A DNA stretch of 64,000 nt from Octopus vulgaris (lineage: Eukaryota). The notes beneath the pieces were generated by a model. It was given only the letters and a program-made list of their open reading frames with translations, made no database searches and was not told the DNA's origin. Both the position numbers and the translations under genes were made by a program. Below, one piece after another: positions 38,839 through 52,814 of this stretch. Within the stretch, counting starts at the first letter, position 1. Each line of letters opens with the position of its first letter. The DNA is taken from contig OX597827.1 in the NCBI GenBank assembly GCA_951406725.2, positions 82,584,001-82,648,000 of the forward strand, read 5' to 3'.

Positions 38839-39766
38839 AATATATATATATATATAAGGTTAGTTGAGTTACAGGTTAAAATAACCATCTAAGGGATAGA
38901 AGTATCCATTACGCTACTGGTATATTTAACCATGGGCGTTCATATGCAGACATATGTTCAGAAGCTCCTTGCTTCAGATCAGTTTTATTACCAAATATGA
39001 TTAATATTTTTACATATTTTTGCATATCAATGGCAATACATTGGAAGCAGAAACAGCTGTTAGATGGGATGTAGTCTATTTAAATCGAATTAATAATTCA
39101 ATGATAATTGATGTAAGTTAATTATTGTTCATCAGTACTTCTCCATTTTTCTGTTTTCTTTATATATTTATATAGATATAAAGTGGAGTAACATATCCTG
39201 GGGATCAGGGTATCAGGTTTATGATCCTAAAGTTATGGATTTCATTCTGGTATTGGTTGATGCAGATTTTTTTTTGCATCTGACACATTATTTTATATTG
39301 CTCCAGTTTCATCAGCTGAAATCTAATACCAACTGACTGCTGGGGTCAGCTGTCACTCTCCCCTCCAGCTGTTACGTTTTTGAAATATCACTGAATCAAG
39401 GGGTAGAATGGCAAAAAGGGGTGATGTCCATGTCTGCCCACCACAACAAAGCAATCTGTCACCTTTAGAAAATGCTTGATACATGTTGCAAAATCTTCTT
39501 TTCTACATCATTCTAATGTCCACTTAAACATGTTTGCTTGGGTCAGCTGGAATTCAGGGAATGCTCTTCCTGTCACCAACCTTTGCTGATTTCCAAACAA
39601 AAGTAGGATTTCTCCATGGCTGGATATGTGTTCATAACAGACTGGAAACAATGAACACCTCATGTATGAGGGTGAAGCTTGTTTACAATTACTGCACATT
39701 GTCAACACAAAGAGACACAAACACACTCACTTACATGCACACACACGCACACACACACACAAACAC

Positions 39767-39807
<41 letters not shown>

Positions 39808-39808
<1 letters not shown>

Positions 39809-39965
39809 CTAGCTTCTTTTAGTTTCAATCCACTGAATCTACTCACAAAGCTTAAGTCAGTCTGACTCTCTAGCAGAAGCCACTTGTTCAAGGTGCCATA
39901 TGGTAGGATTGAACCCAAAAACAATATGATTGAAAAGCAACCTTCTTAACGACACTGTCATGCAC
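39808..39965 (-). mobile_element. SINE family A (degenerate)
   Basis: TACTCACAAAGC..CACTTGTTCAAGGTGCCA..GGATTGAACCC. Confidence 0.6.
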
Positions 39966-40029
39966 ATGCACACTTGAGTATGTGTGTATATATACAAATA
40001 TACATACATACATACACACATACATACAC

Positions 40030-40060
<31 letters not shown>

Positions 40061-40755
40061 AACAGATACATCTTGTCTGCATGGCCTCTTCCTTGCTCTT
40101 CCAAACTTTCCCCTGCTCTGCCCCCCCACCACCACCAGTCCATCAATGCCCAAAACCTATTTGTGAATGGATGTCAATAGAAAGGGACTAAAAAAAATTC
40201 ATATTTCTGGAAGTGAATGAGAAACAACACAGCTTGACACCGTGTCATATCCGTGTGGTGGGCGAGGATGGGGCGTTGAGTCGGCATCTTAGGATGATGA
40301 CTTGTATTATATGGAGACAGGGATGGAGGCGGAGCAGGGATGTGCCATTCCAGAAGTTGGAACGGTTTGACAATAGAGAAAATATCCAATTTATATAAAA
40401 GCTAAGAAGGACCGAAGCAGCTTGCCTGCCAACCTTTTCTACATTCATTCATACTATACATGTACATGTAGGTGTGTACGTATGTATGTATATGTGTATG
40501 TATATGTGTTTTATATATATATATATATATTTATATATTCACACACACATATATATGTACACAATCACACATATATGCATGTATGTAAATATGTATGTAA
40601 GAATATAGACGCATATCTATGTACACACATATAGACACATATATATGTGTTATACACACTTACATAGACACATTTATACGTACTTGTATATATAGAAATT
40701 CTTCAAGTGGAGTTAATGAAAGTGCATGTCAACAGAATCCCTTTCTGTCTACATA

Positions 40756-40802
<47 letters not shown>

Positions 40803-42865
40803 ATATATATATAGATACTTACATATTTACAATATTTACATTTACATATTTACAATACACATACACACACATAAACCTACACATATATATTTAGATGTAT
40901 AGATATATATACACATTTACATATTTACAGTCACTCACACACACAACCACTCACACACACAACCACTCACATACACAACCACTTACACACACACACACAT
41001 AAGCCTACACATATAATTATATATATATAGATATAGATATAGATATATTGATATATATACACATTTACATATTTGCAATACACATACACACACATCCACA
41101 ACCACATACACAACTACTCACACATGTACACACACATACACATATGAATGTCTATGGATATGTACTGACTTGCCATATGAAGTTAACAGGAGTGAATATC
41201 ATCAGAATGTGTTTACATTTACACACACACACGTATATACATTTATATGAACGTGTGTGTGTGTGTCTATGCAGAGACATGTCATGTGCAGTTCGTGCGA
41301 GTGTATCCACCAACAGAAAGCTTCTCATAATTGATATTTGATTCTATAAAAATTGATATTTTTGTTTTACGAAAATTGAAGAGTAAATAGGTTTATGGGT
41401 TTGTGTAAGCCATGGGCCTTCTTTTGGGGGCATGGGGTGGGGCTGTGACATAAATGAAGGAAGATGACAACAAACAGGAATCCCTAGTGACCGGCTGATT
41501 GCAGTGACCAGAAGGTGGCAGCAAGATTTTGTCGCTTTCCTTTCATCTTTGGAATATAATTACAAGAAGTTCTTAAGAAAGAAATCTAATAAAGAGAAGG
41601 CTTTTGGATGAGTTTCTGCAATGTTTGGCAGCTATTTCAAAGGCAAGTTGGTTTGTTGTTGGTGAGATATGAAAGTGGGGGCCATTTTGGCTCCAATCTG
41701 GCTTTGTAATTCTCATTAACATTGAGAATTAATTGAATAACAAAGAGAGAAAATGGTTCAGACTATAAACAACATTGGAGAGAAAGAGATAAAATATAGA
41801 AGTAGGAAGAATGAGGTGTATACTATATGATGATGATGATGGTGGTGGTGGTGGTGGTGGTGGTGGTGGTGGTGGTGGTGGTGGTGGTGGTGGTGGTGGT
41901 GGTGGTGGTTATGGTAGTGGTGGTGGTGATGATCTCAAATTTTGACACAAGGCCAGCAAATTCTTCAATGTGGTGCCCCAGCATGACCACAGTCTGATAA
42001 CTGAAACAAGGAAAAGAATTAAAGAATATATATCACTTTAGTGTCCCCTTTTTCATAATAGCCTAGATTGGAGGAAATTTATTGAGGCATATTTTCTATG
42101 GCTGGATGCTCTTCCTGTTGCTAACATTCACCTGTCTTCAAGCAAAGTACCATTTCTCCATGGCCAGACATGTTCTTGAGAATATTGGAGGTGACTGACA
42201 TCACTTGTATGACACATAACTAATTGTTAAGTGTGGATCATTGTTTGAAAATAGGGGGACATATGATAAATGACATTGCTCGGGGAAAAAAGGGAAACTT
42301 GGATGATAAGTAAGATAGCATAGAAAAAAATAGCAACAGTTATTGTAAATGAACAGAGAGAAAGAGAGAAAGAGAGAGGAGGACAGGGAGAGAGAGAGAG
42401 GGGGGGAGGACTGATGGTGGAATCAGGAATTTTAATGTTCCAAATAAACTTAAATGAAATTATGAAAAAATGTTGATAAAATGGTTAATATTAGAAGAGG
42501 GTCATGTTTTCAATGATTAAAAGAGTTTGACTTGATAGACAATAATTCAAGAAAGGAGCTGTCCTCTTCAAATGTAAGTTTGTTGGTAGTAAATATCAGT
42601 GAAGCAGGTTCCTGCTGCAGTGGCTTGAAATGAAATCCTCTTCTGCATTTCCTGCTGCTGTCACCTCATCAGGTATTTTCAAAGGAAAAGTCACAAAGGA
42701 GTGAATAGTGTTTTGCCAGGTTTCCTGCTCAGTGGCTACGATACAATGCTGGGAGTGGAAAAAGACGCAAAAGGAATTCTTCAGAGAGTCTTTCTATCTT
42801 TTCTTTGATTCTGCTCAATGATTGTAGCTGACAAGGATATAATGTAACAGCTAACTATATCGCTT

Positions 42866-43093
42866 GGCGAGCTGGCAGAATCGTTAGCACGCTGGGTGAA
42901 ATGCGTAGCTGTATTTCGTCTGCCGTTACGTTCTGGGTTCAAATTCCGCTGAGGTCGACTTTGCCATTCATCCTTTCGGGGTCGATAAATTAAGTACCAG
43001 TTACACACTGGGGTCGATGTAATCGACTTAATCCGTTTGTCTGTCCTTGTTTGTCCTCTCTGTGTTTAGCCCTTTGTGGGTAGTAAAGAAATA
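42866..43093 (+). mobile_element. SINE family B
   Basis: Near-identical to the 25733 and 48336 copies; CpGs retained. Confidence 0.88.
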
Positions 43094-43327
43094 TATATCA
43101 CTTAATAACAAAACTGAACTGTCATCTTGCTGCCACCAGAGGAACTCTTTACTGATGAACTGTAATTCATGAGCTATTAAGTCTATTCAACAAATTTGGT
43201 AAAAAGTTTGATTAAGTTTACTGAAGTTCATAATCTCAGTGGAATTCTTTATTAAGGTGAGATTAGTTTTTCACTCATCAGGGTACTTTTGCTGCTCAAC
43301 ATCCACTAATACATTGCTTCTGCCTTG

Positions 43328-43364
<37 letters not shown>

Positions 43365-43519
43365 TCACATACGAACCCAAACACAAACACACACACACAC
43401 ACATATATACACACACATATTGCCACACATTTAGACACACACTGAAGTGTTTGTTTTTCCTATTTAATTACTTAATGATAATTATAATAATAACAACAAC
43501 AGCAATAATACAAATAATA

Positions 43520-43734
43520 ATTCTTTCTACCATAGGCACAAGGCCTGAAATTTAATTGAAGGGGACTAGTTGATTACATTGACCCCAGTACTCAACTGGG
43601 GCTTATTTTGTCAGCCCTCAAAGAATTATAGTCAAAGTTGACCTCGGTGGAATTTGAACTCAGATCATAATGACGGACAACATACTGCTGAGCATTTCGC
43701 CCAGCATGCTAACAATTCTGCCAGCACACTGCCT
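43520..43734 (-). mobile_element. SINE family B
   Basis: Reverse complement of the family B unit. Confidence 0.75.
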
Positions 43735-43785
<51 letters not shown>

Positions 43786-43837
43786 CAGCAGCAGCAGCAG
43801 TAGTAGTAGTAGCAGCAGCAGCAGCAGCAGCAGTAGT

Positions 43838-43899
<62 letters not shown>

Positions 43900-44910
43900 C
43901 AGTAAATTTGAGCTCAAAATTTAAGTCGGAAGAAATGTCGTTAAGTATTTAATCCAACATGTTAGTGATTCTGTCAGTTCCCCAGCTCCCAGCTTCCACT
44001 GCAGGGGATGCTGTTCAGTATTCATCATACAACCTGTTGCCCTTTTGTCAGCTTCGAAATATGAGCAGACTGAGACACAACTGAATATTTCAAGCCATAA
44101 AGTTTGGCACTCTACCAGTGCTGCCATTCTGCTCCATTAGTCTCAGGAAATCGAAACTCGGAACATTTCAAGAATCTATAAAAGGATTTTCCAAAGAAAC
44201 TGAAATATTTCTGACAAAGTTTCACACTTTAAAATAACATGAAGCATTTAGGTCCTTCTGGTATTCCATACAATCAAACCTCATTCCCTAACTTCTCGAG
44301 ATCCCCCGCCCACACCCACACACACCCACACCCACCCATTGCAACTTTTCTCAAAGACAGATCAAAGATAAGAAAACCAATTGTTTCCAACGAAATTTTC
44401 TGAAAATCATTTCGTTTGTTCATTTATTTCTTAATCTACAGGAAATGAATAAGTTTATCATGGCAAATATTGAATATTAGCTAATGGAGGGAGGGATTTA
44501 TACATATACAGACACATATATATATATATAAATATATATGTGCACATACATATATACTCATATATACATAGATATATATGTATACATATATACACACATA
44601 TATATCCATATATGTGTGTGTGTGTGTGTGAGTCTGCGTGTTGCTATATGTATGTGAATACATATAAGTTCTTTCTGGCCCATGCAAACATGAAAAAATG
44701 GACATTAAATGATGATGATGATGATAATGATGACGATGACGATGATGACAAAGTCTTTGCTTTTTCTGGATTTTCTCAGCCGGATGCTCTTCCTAACATC
44801 GAAATAATAATAATATTACGAAGCAGCTTAGCATTACCTTTAATTCTTTTTATATATAAATACAGCTTCAAGTAGACCTACACATGTTTCTATTGCATTG
44901 ATTAGTAACT

Positions 44911-44924
44911 GTTGCCATGGCAAC
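44911..44924. promoter_or_regulatory. Perfect palindromic RFX X-box motif
   Basis: GTTGCCATGGCAAC matches the canonical RFX consensus; function untested. Confidence 0.35.
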
Positions 44925-45204
44925 TCCACTATAATACCGATGCAGTTTCTTCAGGGCCTTCACTTTGATATCTTTTGAATTCACTGTTTAAAGATTTCTG
45001 GTTGTCTTCTCGGCGTTGTATGGTGTGGAGTTGTTTGTTAATTTAGACAGAAACTATCTTCCATTCAAGTTTTGATTGGATAATCCCTTGTTGTAGCCAG
45101 TTATTTCAAAGCATTCTGGTCATCTAAATGTTCGTTACTTGTTTATATTGAGCAAAGGTAAGTTTCCTTATATGCAAGCATTTGTGTGTGTGCGTGTGTG
45201 TATG

Positions 45205-45465
45205 TATAAAATGGTTGGTATTTGGAAGGGTCATCCAGCTGTAAAAACCTTGCCAAAACTGACCTCACCTGTACTTGTGCCACATAAAAAGCATTAAGTC
45301 CACTCTGCTGAGTGGTTGGTGTTAAGAAGGGCATCCATCTGTAAAAATCCTGCCAAAACAGTCGCATCACAGAAGGTGACAGAGCAGACTTCTGCCTGGC
45401 CAGTTCTTGCCAAACCATCTCACCCATGCAGCCAGGCAGCTGTTTGATGATGATGATGATTATGA
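45205..45465 (+). mobile_element. RTE 3' end fragment
   Basis: Duplicated GTGGTTGG..AAGGGCATCCA motif, ending in (GAT)n. Confidence 0.65.
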
Positions 45466-45859
45466 TATATATATATCTTTTTTATCGTTTACTGGTTTCA
45501 GCCCAGGGCTGAGGTCATGCTGGTGCACTAGATATACATATACACCCACATATATTCCTATGTGTGTGTTTAAGTGTGTATCTGTTCATAGTCTTAAACA
45601 GCCCCACCTGGAGCAAATGCACTCTACCCACTGCATTGAGTATCTTTATAAGGTAATGTTTGCATTTTGTCGATAGAAATGGTATTCGGCCACAGAATCC
45701 ATGGAAATGAGGCACTGATTCCACCCCCAGCTACATCATGGGTTGCAGAATATTGACCCTGAAGGATGTTGACCCTGAATATAAACTGATGCAGATTAGA
45801 GGGACTCTCTGGTCTTTGTTGGGCATATGGCACAACTTCTGTGTTGCAATAAAATGCAA

Positions 45860-46010
45860 TCAGGGCAACCACTCCTGCATGCCACATCCAATGCTTCTTA
45901 TGTCCAACATTTCTCCTGAGGGGGTGTGTGATGAGTTCACCTTCCTACTTACTAGAATTTTGGTCTTTGCTACATTGACTCTAAGGCCTTTTGATTCTCA
46001 ATTCCACACT
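45860..46010 (-). mobile_element. Internally deleted RTE fragment
   Basis: Minus-strand ESKGLRVNVAKTKILVSRK..PSG fused to EMLDIRSIGCGMQE. Confidence 0.65.
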
Positions 46011-46471
46011 GTAAAGACATTACAACAACTAAATTGACCAGTTCTGTCTAACGTGAGATTGAGAAGTTGAGTGTCTTGTTTAAGCTATGCCTGCATAGAA
46101 AAATGGTTGGATGAATGGCAGTGGTGGTGGAGAGAGTGATGATGATGATGACAACAACGATGACAACAACAATGATGATGACCACTACGATGATGACGAC
46201 GATGATGATGATGATGGTCATGATGATGATGATGATAGTGGTGGTGGTGGTGGTGGTAGCGGTGATGATGATGAGAAAGAGGAGGAGGAGGAGCATACAT
46301 GTATCCTCCCATACACACATGTACACAAATGTGTATGTGTGTGTGTGTGTGTGTGTGTGTTGCAGGTGATGCCCCAACATGACCACAGTCTAATGACCGA
46401 AACGAGTAAAGAAAGATATACACCCATACATGAAACACATTTACACATCTCTACGCAAACCTAGGAATGCA

Positions 46472-46510
<39 letters not shown>

Positions 46511-47040
46511 TTGCTTTATGGTTTGGGTTTGTTGATGTTGAAGCAATGAGGAAGAAAAAGAGGGGGAAATGGTAGAAATATAGGAAAATATGAAGAGAAA
46601 GGGGGATGAGAGAGAGAAGGAGGAGGAGGGAGGGTGAAAGGGAGAAAGAAGGAGAAAGATAGAAATATATAAAAAAATATATAAAAATACAGAGTGAGAG
46701 AGAAGGAGAAAGAATGAGGGAGAGAAATAGTGAGAGAGAGAGAGAGAGAGAGAGTGAGGGAGTGAAGGAGAGAGAAGGAGAAAGGAAGTGAGAGTGAGAA
46801 GTTTTAATGAGTTTCGAAATTGTGTGATTTATGAGTAAAGTTTGATTATTTCTGATTAATCCTTGTTGCTATTGAAACCAGAAATGGAATCTGGAAGCAA
46901 TTAACATTTGATAATTAAAAAATTAACACTAAATTGAAACCCCCTCCCCTCAAACACTACACGAAACGATTTGTTATTTGTCTGTCATTGTAACTCTGGT
47001 TGCCGTTCTCACTGGCAGAAATATTGTCCACTTTTTCCAG

Positions 47041-47229
47041 CAGCCTAAATCCAAGATGTCTAACTACCCTATAAGTGTGACATGTGGAGCAGACATGGAG
47101 GCACAGAGTGTTGCTATCGTCCCCAACTATCTTACTGAGACATTGTCCACTCACAAAGATGGTGGACGAGTCTGGAATCAGGGACAACATGGAGACTATG
47201 AAGAGATTCATAACATGGCAGGTAATTAG
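47041..47229 (+). CDS. Probable downstream protocadherin exon encoding the distal cytoplasmic tail
   Basis: Acceptor CTTTTTCCAG|CAG ends at 47040, in phase 0 to match the 22429 donor. Reads QPKSKMSNYPISVTCGADMEAQSVAIVPNYLTETLSTHKDGGRVWNQGQHGDYEEIHNMAGN*. It is non-repetitive, and the TLSTHKDGG..W..G..GDYEEI segment resembles coleoid protocadherin tails (from recall, not a search). A possible donor GCAG|GTAATT after 47221 could lead to a further exon. Confidence 0.7.
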   Translation, partial: QPKSKMSNYPISVTCGADMEAQSVAIVPNYLTETLSTHKDGGRVWNQGQHGDYEEIHNMAGN

Positions 47230-47371
47230 CCAGAAACCTTTCTATTTCTTGTGTAGACTATAATTAGATTCATACAACCACAGGTGGGCAGACACACACA
47301 CACCATCCGAACACATCACAGTGTTGGTTTAGCCATTATATATATACAGCTATACACACACACACATATAC

Positions 47372-47531
47372 AATGGGCTTCTTACAGTTTCTCCTCTACC
47401 AAATCCTCTCCGAAGGCTTTTAGTCAGCCTGGGGCTATAGTATAAGACACTTGCCCAAGGTGCCACACAGTGGAACTGAACCCTTAAGCATGTGGATGGG
47501 AAGCGAGCTTCTTACTACCCAGCCATGCCTA
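47372..47531 (-). mobile_element. SINE family A
   Basis: GGGCTTCTT..GACACTTGCCCAAGGTGCCACACAGTGGAACTGAACCC. Confidence 0.75.
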
Positions 47532-48335
47532 CCCCTTTATAAAACAGATAAATAAGCCACAGAGGACATCAGAATGAGTCACGGTTGGCTGTTTTTCACC
47601 AAAGAAGCTCAACAACCATTCTTCTGTCTTTGTACATCATGGATTCTCTTTGGCTGCAATAAAGGTCTGTGGAGTGGAAGAATAAATGGACAGAATCAAC
47701 TCTAGAAATATGATCGGAAGACAATATGCGTGACATGTTTCATTGCAGCTTGTCCTCTGCTTTTTGACCGTTCTGTTGTGAGCAATAAATCTCTCTTCAG
47801 GCTGGGTAAAAAGACAGGACCCTTCTGTGACCAGCACTCACATCGCATTGGATATGAAACAGCTTGACCAGTTTTGTCTAACGAAACAAGCACTTTCATA
47901 GGAAACTAGGTGTGCATCTAAATATCTTACACACACACATATATATACACTAACACACAGACACACACACATGCACACACACCCATTTCTTTTTGTATTG
48001 CAATTGGTGAGCCAGAGCATCGTTGGTCACAGGTCCCTAGTGGACCAAGCATTAGGTATATTTATGTTGTACTCCACGTGAAAACAATGACCTGAGACAG
48101 TCTCCTCAGTTATTTTGTGTTGTGGCCATTTCAGTTGTGGCTTGGCAGCTATTGGATGTTGCATTGTGGGATGTACTTTGTTGAATCCATCAACTTCAGT
48201 TCACGATTTGCAGTCTGTTAAGTTCAGCCGATTGAAAATGCTGCCTCTTAGACGAATTGATTTCATTGAATATTGTTATTTATTTTCTTTAATGATGGGG
48301 GAGTGTGTCAATGATGCTGATGATATTAGGTCATA

Positions 48336-48565
48336 AGGTGGCGAGCTGGCAGAACCGTTAGCACGCCGGGCAAAATGCGTGGCCGTATTTCGTCTGCCAT
48401 TACGTTCTGAGTTCAAATTCCGCCGAGGTCGACTTTACCTTTCATCCTTTCGGAGTCTATAAATTAAGTACCAGTTGTGCACTGGGGTCGATGTAATTGA
48501 CTTAATCCCTTTGTCTGTCCTTGTTTGTCCCCTCTGTGTTTAGCCCCTTGTTGGTAATAAAGAAA
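48336..48565 (+). mobile_element. SINE family B
   Basis: Near-identical to the 42866 copy. Confidence 0.88.
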
Positions 48566-50237
48566 CAATGATGCTGATGATGAACAGGTGGAGAGATGGC
48601 AGATCCTTTTTTGCCAGGGGTTATAAAAGCTAGGTGTGTGTGAAGCAGAAAGGGATCTCTGGAAAGGAGTCACAGGGGTTATTCAGGGAGAGGCGAGACT
48701 GTGTGATTGTTCAGGATGTAATGAGAGTTTAGTTGTATTTCTGTTGTATTGTCTGAAGAGTTTGGGGACAAAAACACATTTGTGGGCATTGAACCCTGCC
48801 TCAGATGATATCATTTGGGAGTATGTTGTGTTGTAGCCGAGGTGTACGTAGCCTGTTGTGACTGCTCTTAAGGCCAGTATACAAACACACACACACACAC
48901 ACATTTATTGTATGTTCTGTTACTGATTCATATTAGTTTTTATTAACTCAGTTGTTGTTGCTGTTCTTATTGTTTACGTTATTGTATAGTTTCCTATTGT
49001 TTCTGTTGTTGTTGTTATTGTTGTTGTTGTTATTATTGTTATTGTTGTTGTTGTTGTTGTTGTTGTTACTGCCACTGGTTTTATTGTTGTCAATTTCTTA
49101 ACAGTTCTGGAAATAAAAGTAAATATAATTTAACTGTGATTTGCGGTTTGGCACACACGTCAGATATGATGGTGGTGGTGGTGGTGGGCATGGGCAGAGT
49201 GTGCTGTTGTATATAGAGGGGGTGGGGTGGGGTGGGGTGGGGGGATGTTGTGTAACATGGTGTGGTGGAGGACCGTGATGCATCGAATGATGTTGTTGTG
49301 CTTCTGCATTTGTGTAGTCTATTGTCTGATGTGTGTGTGTGTGCTGGGGGGTGGGGTGGAGGCAGTGTTATTGCTGTTGGGATTGCCAATAACCGTAGAA
49401 TATTTCAGCAAGTTTATTTACCATTTCACACTGCCACAGGAAAAACTTGGAGCAGATCCATCATTTCTTCTTGTCATGAAATTATTCCGAGTAATGGTGA
49501 AGAGGAGGAGGAGGAGGAGGGTTATGATAGCAGTGGTGGCAGTGATGATGGTAGTGATGATGATGGTGATGGTGGTGGTGGTGGTGGTGGTGGTGAACAG
49601 TATGGCAGGGAATCTAGTGGAACGGTAATAAAACTGATAGTTCCTAGAAGTTTCCTCATGAAATTCAATATCACAATAAGCTGAGCTTGGAGGGAGCCAA
49701 GTTATTGATTGTAAAAGCGGTGTTTCATTCAATACCGGTTCCCCTGGGGTGACATAACAACACTCTGCCATGTTCTGTCGAAGTTGGTTGATGGCATCTC
49801 CTGCAGTTGTTAGTGAGGATACACAATGGTGTGATGCGTCACAGAATGGTGATTACATTCTATTCAACATGTCATAAAGTTGAGACATATCACACAACAG
49901 TGACATATCTTATGTGGTCACTTGGTTTTTAGTCATATATTATAAGATATATCACATGATATGATGCAGTGTGATAAATGTGAACATGCGATACATGATG
50001 TGTCATGTGGTTAAGAAATGTCTTACAATATTAATCTTGTAACTTTGGTTATATCTTCTTATAAAGACATTTCTTGTATGATGTATCACATACTATGATG
50101 TAGTTTTATGATTGCTAATATATGATACATAGTGTGTCATACAGTTGAGATATGTCTTATAATAGTGGTGTAGCCTTAAAACTGTGAGTTTAGCTGATCT
50201 GTTGAATTGTTGTGTAGTCATGTATTTCATGTAGCAA

Positions 50238-50362
50238 GCAGTTGTGACTGTGTGGCTAAGAAGTTTACTTCCAAACCAGGTTGCTTCAGGTTCAATCCCA
50301 GAGTGTGTACCATAGTCTTGAGCTGACCAACACCTTGAGGTGAAGTTAGAGAGAAACATCAT
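50238..50362 (+). mobile_element. SINE family A (degenerate head)
   Basis: GACTGTGTGGCTAAGAAGTTTACTTCCAAACC..GGTTCAATCCCA. Confidence 0.55.
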
Positions 50363-50976
50363 GGAAGTTCATTGTGTGTGTGGGGGTGGGGCGTGAGCGT
50401 AACCCATGCTAGCATAAAAAAATGGACATAAAACAAACAAACAATACATGTGTGTGTATTTATATCTGTATGGGATCAAACTGGTACATTTGAACAGAAA
50501 TGCACATCGGTGTTTATATCCAATTGAGTTATCTCCCCTCAGAGCAACATCTTGTTGAAATATGGACCAAACCAAGAACCGCAATTAATTTAATCAACTA
50601 AAATTATTGTAGGCAGTGCCCCAGCATGGCCACAGTACACAGACCACGGCAAATTAAAGAACGACAGGGTTATGTAAAATCACTCTTTCAGAAAATCTAC
50701 CACAAATAAATACAGTTAGGTGCTCAGTTTACTTGGTTGTAAATAGGGACCAGGAACTGGTTTGGTCTTCTGTTTTGCTGCCATCAGCTGGCTCGAAATA
50801 GGTACCATGCGGAGGTTCAGTAGAGAGATGTCTTTAGAAGTGATTGAAAATGCTATGTAAGCCATGACATTCTTCCATTGTCATCGTTGAGTCTTCTTGA
50901 GAGCTGACCATAAACTTTCCATCCTCTTCGTCACCAACTTTTCTCTTCGCATCAGTGAACGACTGTCAGAAATTGC

Positions 50977-51086
<110 letters not shown>

Positions 51087-52480
51087 CACACACACATGCC
51101 ACAACACATACATATTATTATTATGCTTGCATGATAACATCAGCAGCCCTGACAATGCATCGCATCGTCAGCTGTCATGATGCTGTCAACTGAATGGATG
51201 AGAGAATGATGTTACAAAGAAGATATCAGCTGCTTTGATATTGTGCTGGTGATGTCACCTGTCATACGGCATGATGATATCACCACAAGGATACCATTAC
51301 TGCATTTCCATGAAAATGTTTACTTTTATGATACAGTTTTAATATCAAAATTAGGCTTGTGTTGCCTTATTTATGTTAGCAATTATTGAATTATTAAATT
51401 CTAATTAGAATTACTGATGTGATGAAGAAAACACAGCATAAAGTCAATGAGTAATGTTGTTTTAATAATTTCTGAAGTATGGGAGATAACTCTGGGCATG
51501 TTTCAGTCTTGTTAGAACCTACTTAGCTAAGCATAGATTTCACTTACAATTGTGACTATATCTGGTGCGTTGCATTGTAGTGTAGTTATGTATTTCCTGC
51601 TGAGTGAAGGTGTGGATACCTGATGAAGAAGTTAACCTCACAACCAAGTGGTTCCAAGTTCAATTCAATGGTGTCCACCCTAGCATCACATTGACCAATT
51701 CCTTGTGAATACTTGTTGGAGTCATAAGGAGAGAAACACTGAGCAGGATTGGGGTTAATTAGTGTGTGTTTAGCAGATCATTAATTGAGTAATGAAGTAC
51801 ATTAATTCCCTTTTCGGAACATAAAGACACTTGCTTTTGCTATCTTGCAATGGAGATAGCTGTAGTATACCTCAGACATTTCTAGATGTGGGTGTGTGGG
51901 TGTGGTTTTGTGTCGGGGGTGGGGTATAGGTGTGTGTGTGTGTGAGTGTGAGTGGGTCATCATTGATTTCACTTGATGTAGTGTAGCAGAAACCAGTAAA
52001 AGTGGAAAGTGGAGGCCATGTGTCTCCAGATTATGAGCCATGAAGTACGGAATGGGAGAGAGAGAGGGAGGTACAATCAGAGAGAGAACAAAAGAGAAAG
52101 AGAGAGAGATAGGGAAGGAGGGGAGAGGGAGGGAGGGAGAGAGTGGGGGTGGGATATCAGAGACAGGATGAAGGTATTACTGAAAGGGAAATTAGAGAAA
52201 AACGAATTGAAGTGGCATTGCAGTTTTGATACACCATGAATAATTGCACATTGTCATGGAACACAGGAAGAATATGCTGCAGCATGGCCATCGCTAGGTT
52301 GGCAGGAAGACAAACCGAAGAACTAACAAACAACTATGTACACACACATACACACACCCTTATGTAAATAGACATGAGTGGATCATCATCATTGTTTGGA
52401 CACCTTGTTCCGTGTTGGCTCAGGTTTTTGCATTTAAATGGGATTTGATGGGCCTCAGCAATGCGTCCTGCACCCATGGC

Positions 52481-52512
<32 letters not shown>

Positions 52513-52775
52513 TGTGTGTGTGTGTGTGGGTGTGTGTGTGTGTGCGTACATACACACACACATGTACATACACACAAGCACACACACACACATACATGTA
52601 GATATACAGATATATTATGCGTACTATATACATGTGTGTGTATATGTATATATGTTCTCTGTGACCACACACACTCATGTATGTGCAAATTCATAAATTC
52701 ACATGTGTGTGAGTGTGTGTGTGTGTGTATGTGTATGTGCCAGCTTTGGAATATTTGTCTATTGGCATGGAAATG

Positions 52776-52814
<39 letters not shown>

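Noticed and set aside
47637-47899. Candidate third protocadherin exon or short minus-strand ORFs
   Set aside because: No convincing phase-1 acceptor with an open frame, and no recognisable motif.
48600-48850. Possible LINE endonuclease remnant (AGFNAH resembling GDFNAH) on the minus strand
   Set aside because: A single short motif amid many stops; too weak to call.
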